From positions 7,613-71,612 of the forward strand of contig NJBK01000009.1 of assembly GCA_005223035.1 (NCBI GenBank): a DNA stretch of 64,000 nt, in the 5' to 3' direction. Position 1 is the first letter of the stretch; each line of letters starts with the position of its first letter. The translations under genes were made by a program, and so were the position numbers. The notes under the pieces were generated by a model. The model saw only the letters and a program-made list of their open reading frames with translations, was not told the DNA's origin and searched no databases. This DNA comes from Chloroflexi bacterium B3_Chlor (GTDB lineage: Bacteria > Chloroflexota > Anaerolineae > UBA7937 > B3-Chlor). Shown piece by piece: positions 28,042 through 37,341 of the stretch.

Positions 28042-29082
28042 ATGAGCGACAAGTCTTCCGCCGATGACCTAACGATAGAGGAGTTGGAGGAACTCTTGGA
28101 GGCGAAGCGACGCGCCCGTGCCCTGGAGCGTTTCCGTCGTGTGGCGGGCGGTGAGGAGAAGGCGTCGAGATCCTTCGTCAGGGCCGAGGACGGATCAAGT
28201 GTGGACCCCTCCGACAGAGGGGCGCTGCACCGCGTGAGAAGACAGTTCGCGCCGAGGGCTCCCTCTTCACCCACACCTGATGGGGCACTTAGGGAGGAGG
28301 CGGCTGGTGTTGAGGGAATCTCATTCGAGGCAGTGAGGATTACCCCACAAACCAGCCGACTCGAGAATGCTATCTCCTTTCTGGGAAGGGTGAACAAAGG
28401 TTTCTGGAGCAGAGGCTTTCCCAGACTGCGAGATAGGCTGCTTCTGTTGCTTGAGCTGGCAGCTTTGGTGGGTCTGATCTTCGTGATCTTCAGTTCTCTG
28501 TCCAACCTGCATGTTTTGAATAGAGAGGTGGCTGAGGCCCTGGAGTCTGAACAGGTAGCCACTCCCGCGATGACGGCCGTTGCGGTGCTGCCGGGTAGTA
28601 GTTTCCCGCCCGGCTTGGAGGAGAAGGTACCGAACCCGTACCGACACCTGGTGGAGCCGGGGGCTTCCATTCCCATCCCCACTCCTGGGCCTCGACAGGC
28701 GTCCAGAATCGTGATCCCTGCGATCAATGTTGATGCCCCGGTGGTAGAGGGGGACGGCTGGGAAGAGTTGAAGATGGGAACTGGGCATCGCATTGGTTCA
28801 GCGAATCCCGGCGAGAGGGGCAACATGGTTATCTCTGGCCACAATGATGTCTACGGCGAGATATTCAGGCATCTGGAGGACTTGAACATAGGAGACGAGG
28901 TTATCGTCTATGCCGGAGATAGCCCTTATCACTATGTGGTCGTGGCAAAGATGGTTGTAGGGCCAACTGAGGTGAGTTTGCTGGAAGCCACCCCCAATAG
29001 TGCGCTGACGCTCATCACCTGTCACCCTTACATGATAGACACGCATCGGTTGGTCATCATCGCTGAGTTGGCAAACCAGTAG
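28042..29082 (+). CDS. Sortase family transpeptidase with ~130-aa charged cytoplasmic N-terminal extension
   Basis: TM LLLLLELAALVGLIFVIFSSL. Sortase core RIVIPAINVDAPVVEG, GNMVISGHND (catalytic His), LTLITCHP (TLxTC catalytic Cys), THRLVIIAEL (Arg). Confidence 0.85.
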   Translation: MSDKSSADDLTIEELEELLEAKRRARALERFRRVAGGEEKASRSFVRAEDGSSVDPSDRGALHRVRRQFAPRAPSSPTPDGALREEAAGVEGISFEAVRITPQTSRLENAISFLGRVNKGFWSRGFPRLRDRLLLLLELAALVGLIFVIFSSLSNLHVLNREVAEALESEQVATPAMTAVAVLPGSSFPPGLEEKVPNPYRHLVEPGASIPIPTPGPRQASRIVIPAINVDAPVVEGDGWEELKMGTGHRIGSANPGERGNMVISGHNDVYGEIFRHLEDLNIGDEVIVYAGDSPYHYVVVAKMVVGPTEVSLLEATPNSALTLITCHPYMIDTHRLVIIAELANQ

Positions 29083-29100
29083 GCCTCAGGAGGGTAGGAA

Positions 29101-29337
29101 ATGGCTAAGAAATCGCGTCGAGCACGGCGCAGACGAGAAACAAGGGGCGCTGTCAAACGTGGAACCGTATCCAAGCCGGGGGAAAGAACCGAGGTTGAGG
29201 TAGCTGGGCGGGCGAGACGAGCTACCTCCGGTTTCGCTGAGCAGTACGCCTATGTATACGACGATCTGAAGAGAATAGCCATTGTGGCAGGAACGTTATT
29301 TGCCATCCTAATTGCTCTGTCCTTCGTGATCGGGTGA
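29101..29337 (+). CDS. Small tail-anchored membrane protein with Arg-rich N-terminus (hypothetical)
   Basis: 78 aa: MAKKSRRARRRRETRG... then a single C-terminal TM IAIVAGTLFAILIALSFVIG. AGGAGGG RBS upstream. The last 30 nt overlap the convergent gene. Confidence 0.5.
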   Translation: MAKKSRRARRRRETRGAVKRGTVSKPGERTEVEVAGRARRATSGFAEQYAYVYDDLKRIAIVAGTLFAILIALSFVIG

Positions 29338-30114
29338 GCCATAGATCATCGTCAAGAATGATAGCAGACCGAATTGTATCGTCAGATGAATTGCTATGCA
29401 AAGCCATAGGTTGGAAGTGAAGTAGTAGATGATCGCGATGCCTAAGGCCATAGCTGTGTTAGTGACGGCCTCCCCACCGCGATGCGCCATTGACAAGTTC
29501 CTGCGAATTTCCGGATTCAGCCACCACTCTGCCACGATGAGGAGAAAGCCCAGGAACACCCCATAGTAAGCCCCGAGCATACGGATCGTAGCACTGCGAT
29601 AGAAGGCCCAGTGCATCTCCAGGTAGAGAACGTCAAGCACGATCAATCCCCAGCCCCAGGGTGTCACGAGGATCCTTCGCTCGATGAGATACGGTATCCT
29701 CAGTACCTGCTGTTGGATTCCTGCGGCCGCCTGGAGATATTGTCGCCAGCCCCAAACCAGAAGTACCAGCAGTCCAAGCCCCAGTACCGTCCCCAAGGCG
29801 AGTCCCTGGAACCAGGGCTCTCCGAACCAGTGCACCTGCCACATACCCATCAGAGTTGTGTTGGTCAGTCCTCGCGTCAGGGCCACGTAAGGGATGCACA
29901 GGTAGTAGAGGAATCGTAGCGCCTGGAAGAACCATATGCTGTGAGGCCAGCTGTCAAAGGCTTTCAGGAGACGAACGAAGCGACCGGACGGGACGCTGCG
30001 GAGGAAATGCAGCAGGTTGGTACTGAGGGCATAGATCAGAATGGAGAACAGCACCCAAGCAATCAACTGCACCTTGTAGTCGAACAAGGCTTTTGCTAAT
30101 TCAAGAGTTGACAT
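29308..30114 (-). CDS. Polytopic membrane protein, possibly CPBP/Abi-like intramembrane protease (degenerate motifs)
   Basis: 268 aa, ~7 TM. LYLEMHWAFYRS loosely resembles the CPBP EExxxR motif, and AIHLTIQ resembles the HxxxN/D motif. Weak assignment. Confidence 0.35.
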   Translation of the reverse strand: MSTLELAKALFDYKVQLIAWVLFSILIYALSTNLLHFLRSVPSGRFVRLLKAFDSWPHSIWFFQALRFLYYLCIPYVALTRGLTNTTLMGMWQVHWFGEPWFQGLALGTVLGLGLLVLLVWGWRQYLQAAAGIQQQVLRIPYLIERRILVTPWGWGLIVLDVLYLEMHWAFYRSATIRMLGAYYGVFLGFLLIVAEWWLNPEIRRNLSMAHRGGEAVTNTAMALGIAIIYYFTSNLWLCIAIHLTIQFGLLSFLTMIYGSPDHEGQSN

Positions 30115-30159
30115 GGGGCGCCATTTGATGATGGTGGATCGAACCCCAGGGGCAGGAAT

Positions 30160-31887
30160 CTAGGATGGTTCCTCATCACCGCTCATGGGTGCAACAAGGG
30201 TAACCGTGGTGCCCTCGGTTGGCCTGGATTCGATGGTCAGTAGGCCATTGATCAGTCTCGCGCGCTCACGCATGTTGATTAGTCCCAAGCTGGTCCGTTC
30301 GTCATAGGAACTCTCCACCGCCGCGACATCAAACCCCAGACCATCATCTTTGACCTGGGCAAAGAGGTCACCGGTGCGTCTCTCGAGGTCTATCCAGATG
30401 TTTTGTGGCTCTGCGTGTTTCTTGGCGTTGTTGACGGCCTCCTCAAGAATGAAGAAAGTGGCCCCCTCCACAAGCGGAACTGGGCGTCTGTCCAGACCCT
30501 GGGCGTCCACGTGTACTGCAATATTGTCCGTTTCCCTTATCCGTTGCGCGTAATGTTCCAACGCTGCGGCCAATCCCTGAGTTTCGAGAATCATGGGACG
30601 CATGGTGAAAAGCATGGTGCGCACTTCTTTCACCGCTTGCCCAGCCATCCTCTCCAACTTGTCCAGCTCCTGTCTGGCCCTTGCCGGATCTGAGTCCAGC
30701 AGCACTCTGACAAAATCAAGCCGCATAGCAATGGAAGATACGGTCTGAGTGGGACCGTCGTGCAACTCGCGGGCTAGCTGTTTTCGGAGTTCCTCATCGC
30801 TGAAGAGAATCCGTCGTCTCTCCTCTCGCAGAGTTTGATAGAGTTCGGCGTTCTGCAAGGCGATGCTCGCCTGATTGCAGAAGGCGGTGATGAGTTCCAC
30901 ATATGCGTCTCCGTACGGGTCGACCTCAGGACTCGCGAATAGCGCTACGCCGTACAGCTCAAGGCCGGCCCTTAGTGGAACGCACAACACCGAGTGGCAC
31001 CGGCGCAGTGCGGAGAAAGTCGACAACTCGGGATCGGCGCTGGGACGGCTGCTTGTTGCAGGCTCGGCTGTGGAGACAACCTGACCCACCAACCCGGTCT
31101 TGCCCTTGACTTCCTGCAATTCGTCGGTTTTGTTGAGATTGCGAGAGGCAGCGACATACAGACTGTCCTTCTCCTCGTTGAAGAAAAGGACCATGCTCAC
31201 CGGCCTCTGCAAGTCCCTTCTTGCCTTCTCTTTGAAGCCGGCCAGGCTGACGTCCAGTATCTTCTCCAGGATCTGTTGATAGTTCAGGGTGGCGATGAGT
31301 TCACTGGTCATTTCATAGATGGCGCGGAATCGGTCACGATAAGCCGAACTCGGTGGAAGTTCGTGCTCGGCCACGGCCAGTGGGGCGGCCCCCTTCTGCC
31401 TGGGGGTCAACAGCCCTACAACCGCTGCTCCGATGAACAAGGCGAGGATACTGACAATGGTAGGGGGCAGACCTTGCCCACCTGCCAACCAAGGCTGGAG
31501 GAAGAAGATGAAGCCTCCGTACGCTGAGGTTACAATGCTGGCTATCAGGAGACTTATCTCGATGCCGAACTGGAGAGCGGCTACCATGACCGGGAATAGC
31601 AAGAAAAGAAAATAGGAGGGTTGCCCTGACACGTAGGTGACGGCTATCAGAAGGAACGTATCCAGGCCCACAGTCAACTGCCTAAAGAAGGAGGGGACAG
31701 GTCTAGAACGCAGCAACAATACGACTGCGACGTTGTAGAGGGCGCCCATCAGTAATAGCCCGTAGACAGCCAAGAGGTTGGCCCGCTGAGATGGATCCTG
31801 GGAGCTGAGGAGGAATGTGACGACTAGGATCCCCCAACGTAGATGGCTGATCCACCATTCAGTTCTCGCCTTTGGCTTCTTGGGCAT
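30160..31887 (-). CDS. Membrane sensor histidine kinase (5-6 TM + GAF + HisKA_3 + HATPase_c; NarL/LuxR-partner type)
   Basis: H-box ARELHDGPTQTVSSIAM, N-box LEEAVNNAKKHA, G-boxes DDGLGF / GLINMRERA. A GAF-like segment lies between the TM block and the H-box. Confidence 0.85.
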   Translation of the reverse strand: MPKKPKARTEWWISHLRWGILVVTFLLSSQDPSQRANLLAVYGLLLMGALYNVAVVLLLRSRPVPSFFRQLTVGLDTFLLIAVTYVSGQPSYFLFLLFPVMVAALQFGIEISLLIASIVTSAYGGFIFFLQPWLAGGQGLPPTIVSILALFIGAAVVGLLTPRQKGAAPLAVAEHELPPSSAYRDRFRAIYEMTSELIATLNYQQILEKILDVSLAGFKEKARRDLQRPVSMVLFFNEEKDSLYVAASRNLNKTDELQEVKGKTGLVGQVVSTAEPATSSRPSADPELSTFSALRRCHSVLCVPLRAGLELYGVALFASPEVDPYGDAYVELITAFCNQASIALQNAELYQTLREERRRILFSDEELRKQLARELHDGPTQTVSSIAMRLDFVRVLLDSDPARARQELDKLERMAGQAVKEVRTMLFTMRPMILETQGLAAALEHYAQRIRETDNIAVHVDAQGLDRRPVPLVEGATFFILEEAVNNAKKHAEPQNIWIDLERRTGDLFAQVKDDGLGFDVAAVESSYDERTSLGLINMRERARLINGLLTIESRPTEGTTVTLVAPMSGDEEPS

Positions 31888-31925
31888 GGCTATCTCACCG
31901 ACGGATCACGGGCCGGCAAAGGCAA

Positions 31926-31999
31926 TGGGCGAGATAGGACTTGAACCTACGACCTCGCGGATGTGAACCGCGCGCTCTTACCAGCTGAGCTACTCGCCC
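31926..31999 (-). tRNA. tRNA-Val (anticodon CAC), CCA not encoded
   Basis: Minus strand GGGCGAG-UA-GCUC-AGCUGGUAA-GAGC-G-CGCGG-UUCACAU-CCGCG-AGGUC-GUAGG-UUCAAGU-CCUAU-CUCGCCC-A. Full cloverleaf with 7-bp acceptor stem and GTTCAAGT T-loop. Confidence 0.93.
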
Positions 32000-32011
32000 C
32001 CCAAGATCACA

Positions 32012-32040
32012 AGTATAGCATCTACCCCTTCGGAGTGCAA
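32012..32040 (-). promoter_or_regulatory. Candidate promoter of tRNA-Val (TTGCAC-17-TATACT)
   Basis: Minus strand ttgcac (32040-32035), 17-nt spacer, tatact (32017-32012). The -10 element ends ~12 nt before the mature tRNA 5' end. Confidence 0.5.
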
Positions 32041-32083
32041 CTTCGGTCCGTAAACGATGTCTCCGACGACCTCAGGCGTTTGC

Positions 32084-32112
32084 TTGCCTTTTATTCCTGA
32101 AGACAGTATGAT
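32084..32112 (+). promoter_or_regulatory. Candidate promoter (TTGCCT-17-TATGAT)
   Basis: ttgcct 32084-32089; tatgat 32107-32112; upstream of the 32206 gene. Confidence 0.4.
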
Positions 32113-32205
32113 GAGACATCGGATCGGATGGGTCGAATTATGACCTAGTCAGCTCGCGGCAGGGGATAGGCACGGGACAGTCTTATGCAAAACAAGGGTT
32201 CCGCT

Positions 32206-32853
32206 ATGGCGTTCGTTTTCGTCCTCTTGGTGATGTGCGTGGGTGCCTGTGCGGCGCTCTCGACCTTCACGAAGAGGAGAGGTGGCAACGTGATTGCAGT
32301 GGAGAGCTGGACACCAACTGCCAGAGGAGAGAAGACCGTCAGTGGGTCGCCACTCGCCGGCACCGATACGCCGATCACAACACCGTCGCCACACTCCGAG
32401 CTATCCACTCCGCTCGCCCCCACGGCCGCGCCCGAGCCACCAGCTACCCCGGCGTCCCCGCCCCAGCCGACTAGCACACCGTCTCCATCCCCGACCAGGT
32501 CGGTTGCCGAATCGTCACCAGCTCCTCCGTCTGGTCCACACCAGTTCTACGTCGTCCGCAATGAGCGAGATTGTAGTACTGGGGGACTCATTGGAGGTTG
32601 GGTGTACGATGCCAGCGGCAATGGGCTGGCTTGGGCCAACATGCGCCTGTACAATGACTACGGATGGAGTGCTCCTCCAAAGCAATCCGAGGGACCGCCG
32701 CAGACTGGGAAGTATGAGTTCACCATGGGGCTTGATGCGGGGCTGTTCCATCTACTCATCGTTGACACGGATGGCCAACCGCTCAGTGCTGTGGTGGATG
32801 TGGACTATCAACCCCGCTGTAGTCACCGCATTGAGTGGCAGCGCGTGCAATGA
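32206..32853 (+). CDS. Anchored/secreted hypothetical protein (signal-anchor + P/T/S linker + small beta domain)
   Basis: MAFVFVLLVMCVGACAALSTF anchor, ~60-aa P/T/S-rich linker. C-terminal GGLIGGWVYDASGNGLAWANMRLYN..GKYEF is carboxypeptidase-regulatory-like. Confidence 0.55.
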   Translation: MAFVFVLLVMCVGACAALSTFTKRRGGNVIAVESWTPTARGEKTVSGSPLAGTDTPITTPSPHSELSTPLAPTAAPEPPATPASPPQPTSTPSPSPTRSVAESSPAPPSGPHQFYVVRNERDCSTGGLIGGWVYDASGNGLAWANMRLYNDYGWSAPPKQSEGPPQTGKYEFTMGLDAGLFHLLIVDTDGQPLSAVVDVDYQPRCSHRIEWQRVQ

Positions 32854-32863
32854 GACGGCGCTT

Positions 32864-34279
32864 CTACGGTAGTTCGCGCGTTGTCCTTGCCGTCGCCAAG
32901 GTCCGGTAGGCTGGCCTCTCCGACCAATCTTCCCTGAGGATGCCGAACGCTGCCCGTTCGTCGTCTGCGCCCCGAACGGGGGCGAAATTGAGATTCCAGA
33001 CGAACATCACGCCCATGTAACCCTTGTCCCTGGCTATCTGGAGGGCGGTGACGAGATACTCGGCCTGCTCGAGCTCGGTGTTATCTGTCGCGTACTCGTA
33101 CCCTTCATTTGGCGTCTCAGTCAGGTTCTTGATGCTCGCCCATCCGAACTCAGTAGCCCATAGCTTGCGGTCAGCATCGCCAAACTCGGACATGATACTG
33201 TGGTATGCCTCTATGGTGTTCAGGAAGTAGAATTGGCGGTTACCCCTGAAGGCGGTTGAGTCCCCTCGTTCACTGTATGGCGGTGGATATCTCCACTCGG
33301 GCGGGTTGTTGAATCCACTAGGGTGTACGCCTACTGCATCGCAGTAATCCCTCAATCCAGCCTCGTACATTTGCCTCAGGTACTCGAAATCATCTATGGC
33401 CGTTGGGCTGGTATAGCCCACGGGTGTGGGGCCTCCAGAGACGACTATGGCGCTCGGGCATACGGCCTTGATACGATCGTAAGCTACGTGTAGGAGGTCC
33501 ACGTATTCCTCGGCACTCAGGGCCCTCCCGGTATTCCACTCCCGTCTCAGGTTCTGCTCGTTCCAGATCTCATAGGCCTGCACCCTCCCGCAGTATCGCT
33601 GAGCAATGGCCGTCATGAAATCGCCACCGTCGGCATAGTCCACGGGAGGGCCATCCTCCTCACTTCGTCCCCCTCTGGCCCAGTCTGGAGCCTTGACCAC
33701 GCTGAGCAAGATGTTGAGGCCGGCTTCATGAGCGACTTCCACTATGTGGTCAATGGGCTCCCAGACATACTGTCCCTTGCTGGGTTCGAATTCCTTCCAT
33801 TCTATCTGGTGCTTGATCCAGTTGAAGTGCATGTTGTTTACCAACTGACTGACGTAGCCCGCGTCCAGATGGAACAAGTGAACCTGGATACCATAGTCGA
33901 AGCCACTTCCTGGAGAGGATGGCGAGGGCGTTGCAGCAGCGGGCGCTACCGGCGTATCCGGGGGAGGCGTAGGCGTCTCGGTAGGGGAGGGAGAGACCAT
34001 TGGTGAAGGCGGAATTGCGGTGGGCTCGACGCTCCGGGTTGGCCTGGGTGTGGGTGTTGCCTCTTGTGGTACGCTGACAGGCAACAGGTCCAGCATCCGC
34101 AAGATCACCAAGCCAAGGCCGAGGCCAAGCACCAACACCGCAATTGCGGTGGCCGCTGCGCAGCCTAGTCTTTTCAAGCTGGAGCTTCGTTGGTGTGCAA
34201 TTGTCAATGCGTGTCCCTCCCGCTTCACCTCTTCTCCACTTCGTAGGAATGCCCCACCATCATGTAGGGCATTAGCCAA
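32864..34279 (-). CDS. Membrane-anchored clan GH-A (TIM-barrel) glycoside hydrolase
   Basis: TM, PT linker, then FNWIKHQIEWKEFEPSKGQYVW, acid/base motif YEIWNEQNL, nucleophile motif LWATEFGW. Paralogue of the C-terminal domain of the 34349..37276 product. Confidence 0.7.
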   Translation of the reverse strand: MANALHDGGAFLRSGEEVKREGHALTIAHQRSSSLKRLGCAAATAIAVLVLGLGLGLVILRMLDLLPVSVPQEATPTPRPTRSVEPTAIPPSPMVSPSPTETPTPPPDTPVAPAAATPSPSSPGSGFDYGIQVHLFHLDAGYVSQLVNNMHFNWIKHQIEWKEFEPSKGQYVWEPIDHIVEVAHEAGLNILLSVVKAPDWARGGRSEEDGPPVDYADGGDFMTAIAQRYCGRVQAYEIWNEQNLRREWNTGRALSAEEYVDLLHVAYDRIKAVCPSAIVVSGGPTPVGYTSPTAIDDFEYLRQMYEAGLRDYCDAVGVHPSGFNNPPEWRYPPPYSERGDSTAFRGNRQFYFLNTIEAYHSIMSEFGDADRKLWATEFGWASIKNLTETPNEGYEYATDNTELEQAEYLVTALQIARDKGYMGVMFVWNLNFAPVRGADDERAAFGILREDWSERPAYRTLATARTTRELP

Positions 34280-34348
34280 GCGATAGAAAAACGGAGCATG
34301 GGGAACGAGAACCCATGCTCGGTGTTCGAAAATGTAGCGATCTTGTCA

Positions 34349-37276
34349 CTACTTGGGCATGCTTGCCAGGCCGTGGTAGGCTGGCCTGGGAGTCCCGTCT
34401 GGCCTGAGGATGCCAAACTTGGATCCCTCCCACCAGGCACCAACGTCAACGGCGAAATCGAGGTTCCATATGAACATCACTCCCATGTAACCACTCTGCT
34501 TGGCGATTTCCATGGAGCGAACCAGATACTCTGCCTGGTCGGCCTCGCTGTTCGTCGCCGCGTACTCGTAACCAGGGTTTGGTGAGGCAGCAATATTCTC
34601 TATCGTAGCCCAGCCAAACTCGGTGGCCCAGAGTCTCTTGTTTCCGTCACCGTTCTGCACCATGATGTTATGGTAGGCTCGGATGGTGCTCAGGAAGAAG
34701 AACGAGCGGTGGCACCGCTTGTCGCCACGAGCGCGGCACGACTCAGAGGTATCATCGGGCGCCTTGTCAAAGCCGCTGGGGTGGACACCCACCGCGTCAC
34801 AGTAGTTCTTCAAGCCGTTGTTGTACATTTCCCGCAAGTATTGAGCATCGTCAATGGCCACAATACCGTCACTCACGCCGGTAGGTGTCGGCGCTCCCGA
34901 AACGACGATCATGCCGGGGCAAGCGGCCTTGATGCGATTGTAAGCTAGCTTTAGCAGGCTCATGTATTCCTTAGCGCTTATGCGTCTACCGGTGTTCCAC
35001 TCCGTAATCAGATTCTGTTCATTCCATACCTCGATGGCCTGTACCCGACCGCAATACCGCTGCGCCATCGCGCCCACGAAGTTGCCGTACGTCGCCAGAT
35101 CATCCGGGGGACCGTGCCCCTCGGTTCTGGCGCGAGCCCAGTGAGGGGTGGTCACCACCGAGAAGAGAAGCTTCTTTCCCGCTCCGTTCGCCAGTGACAC
35201 CACGCCGTCAAGAGTGGCCCAATCTATCGCCCCTGGCGAAGGTTCTTGGTGTTCCCAGCGGATCTGCAGCTTGATCCACGGGAATCCCAGGTTGTTCATG
35301 TGTCCCAAGGTGCTGCCGTTTACACGGGCCAATTGGAGGCCGTAGTTGAATCCTGTGCCCGGCGGTGGTGGGGCCGAAGGAGGCGGCGGGGTTGCGGTGG
35401 GTGCGGGTTGGGTTGATCCCCCTGAAGGTCTCGGAGTAGGGGTATCAGCAGGTGGTGGCGTGGGCGTCGGCGTCGGTTCGGAGACAACGAAGGAGACCCT
35501 GCCTCCCTCAGAACCGGCGGTCTGGCCTCCGTCATCTGAAATAGCAGCGGAGATGGAGTACTCACCGCTCTCGAGGGGCGCAGTCCACGCGAAGACGGGT
35601 TCGGAGAGAGACCCCACCTCCTGCGTAAGGCTGGCTCCGACCGCGCTCTCCACCGTCCATAGGATGGCAAACTGGGTATCGACCGCAGGCGTCACGGAAC
35701 TCAGATATTCTTGGAAGACGTCCCACAGCTGTTCATCGTTGCCCTCCGCGAGAAGCCCCGGCACGCTCACTCCCTTGAGGTTGTATTTACTCACCAAATC
35801 CAGCTTGTGGGCCATGCTGGTCGCGTTTTCGAGCCAGACGGTGTGTTCCCCCTGCTCGTCTGTATACGTGAACGAGTAGGAGTGGGATTGCCCGTCGAAA
35901 TCCACAGCGGAAGGTCCTCCCGAGAGCTGTACTGTGATCAGCTCCCCAGGGGCAAAGGTGACCCTTCCCTCAGGCAGGATGAGACTGCCGCCCAGCAATT
36001 GCAGCGTCTCAGCGTAAGATCTAGGGGCCACTGAATCTCCCACCCAATCCGTGCTGTAACTGGGAAGAAGCACCTGGATCTTGTACCTGTCAACGGTATT
36101 CACGGCGTAACCCAACAGCGCTTCCATCTGCCCCCCTGGAGCGTAGGCGTCGGGTCTAGCTATCGCCGGAAGCTTGAAGCTGTCAACGGCCTGTCCTATA
36201 GCCTGCCAGTCATAGGCTCCCGTCTCCCACCGGTCCTCCGCAATCTGAGTCGGAGGTTGCACCGTAACGGCCAACAGCTTGTGGTGGGCATGGAGTTCCT
36301 GGCTCAGCTCGGTAACGAAGGCTGTGAACTGGACTCTCAATCCTGGGTCCATTCCTCGGTAGTCGAGATTGACGCCTGGATACAGGTTTTGCACGACAAG
36401 CTCTACTATGTCAGCGACGTGATTTCTCCGTAGTTCTTCGCTGACCAGGATGTTGTTTGTCAAATCACGCCTGACGATCCCATCCATCTCGTTTCGCATA
36501 GTGGGAAGCACAATATAGGACGTCCCTTCTCCCGGCTGTTCCAACAGGCCAACCGCGACTGACACTGTGCTGTTGCCATCCATACCATCACTCTGGACGG
36601 GAAGTGCTTCGGCCTCGACCTCCACCAGGAGCTCCCTGGCCTCAACCGGGAGGGTTTTCCCAGCAGGGAGCGGAGCGGACACAGAAGGCACAAGGGGAGC
36701 GGTCTGCATGACGGCGACCGCCTGCGGTATGAAGGAAAGGTTGGTCTCTAGGAGGTCGTCCTCATCAAAGATCATCTTTGGAATCCACTGCCACTCCCGT
36801 CCGGTCCACGCGTAAAGGTCTACTGTAGCGAGAGGCTCTGCATCGTTGGGTACGGGTATAGAAAGAGTCACTTCCTTCGGCATCTCCCCCCTGACAGAGA
36901 AAGCGTAGAGGGGACTCTTCATCTCCAGGTTAGCTGGTATGGCCTGGGCGACGATTTGGTCTCCCGCGGTTCCCTCCAAGAAGTCGGCCCGCGGGACGGA
37001 GGTGAACTGAATTTGGACTCTATCCACTACCGCTCCGGGCGGCACTGTCAACTGGGTGCCATCGGGGTCGAGGAGTGAACCGCCGGCCTTAGTAATAGTT
37101 GTGTGTCCAGCCGACAATACGCGTTCGGCCAGACCTATGGGGGGGAGGAGCAGGCTCGCAATCAGAAGGGCCGGGATCACCACGAAAACCATTATCCATC
37201 CGGCCCATTTCCCCTCCAATATCGCCTCCAAGCTCCTCAGCCAGGAGGGAGTCAACGCTTTTTCCATCGAAATCAC
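34349..37276 (-). CDS. Large membrane-anchored multidomain protein: beta-rich N-terminal region, GH18-like (catalytic Glu replaced) domain, Ig-like region, PT linker, C-terminal clan GH-A hydrolase domain
   Basis: 975 aa. The GH18-like block ..VVQNLYPGVNLDYRGMDPGLRVQFTAFVTELSQELHAHHKLLAVTV..YDWQAIGQAVDSFKLPA has DYR where GH18 has D-x-E. C-terminal PWIKLQIRWEHQEPSPGAIDW, IEVWNEQNL, LWATEFGW. Confidence 0.65.
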   Translation of the reverse strand: MISMEKALTPSWLRSLEAILEGKWAGWIMVFVVIPALLIASLLLPPIGLAERVLSAGHTTITKAGGSLLDPDGTQLTVPPGAVVDRVQIQFTSVPRADFLEGTAGDQIVAQAIPANLEMKSPLYAFSVRGEMPKEVTLSIPVPNDAEPLATVDLYAWTGREWQWIPKMIFDEDDLLETNLSFIPQAVAVMQTAPLVPSVSAPLPAGKTLPVEARELLVEVEAEALPVQSDGMDGNSTVSVAVGLLEQPGEGTSYIVLPTMRNEMDGIVRRDLTNNILVSEELRRNHVADIVELVVQNLYPGVNLDYRGMDPGLRVQFTAFVTELSQELHAHHKLLAVTVQPPTQIAEDRWETGAYDWQAIGQAVDSFKLPAIARPDAYAPGGQMEALLGYAVNTVDRYKIQVLLPSYSTDWVGDSVAPRSYAETLQLLGGSLILPEGRVTFAPGELITVQLSGGPSAVDFDGQSHSYSFTYTDEQGEHTVWLENATSMAHKLDLVSKYNLKGVSVPGLLAEGNDEQLWDVFQEYLSSVTPAVDTQFAILWTVESAVGASLTQEVGSLSEPVFAWTAPLESGEYSISAAISDDGGQTAGSEGGRVSFVVSEPTPTPTPPPADTPTPRPSGGSTQPAPTATPPPPSAPPPPGTGFNYGLQLARVNGSTLGHMNNLGFPWIKLQIRWEHQEPSPGAIDWATLDGVVSLANGAGKKLLFSVVTTPHWARARTEGHGPPDDLATYGNFVGAMAQRYCGRVQAIEVWNEQNLITEWNTGRRISAKEYMSLLKLAYNRIKAACPGMIVVSGAPTPTGVSDGIVAIDDAQYLREMYNNGLKNYCDAVGVHPSGFDKAPDDTSESCRARGDKRCHRSFFFLSTIRAYHNIMVQNGDGNKRLWATEFGWATIENIAASPNPGYEYAATNSEADQAEYLVRSMEIAKQSGYMGVMFIWNLDFAVDVGAWWEGSKFGILRPDGTPRPAYHGLASMPK

Positions 37277-37341
37277 AAACTCCTTTCAACCAGCATGGAA
37301 AACGCTGGCTAAGCCTAATAGCTGTAACCCTATTGGGGCGT

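Noticed and set aside
28005-28844. 279-aa minus-strand ORF overlapping the sortase gene (similar cases: 16121-16819, 11888-12490, 14408-15007, 15074-15664, 41114-41620)
   Set aside because: These are low-complexity Ser/Pro/Arg-rich translations with no RBS or motif. In each case the opposite strand carries a well-supported gene. Treated as shadow ORFs.
31926-31999. tRNA-Val as an integration hotspot flanked by an accessory island
   Set aside because: There is no integrase, no duplicated tRNA 3' segment noticed nearby and no phage or plasmid genes. The flanking genes (histidine kinase, exoproteins) resemble the rest of the window in composition.
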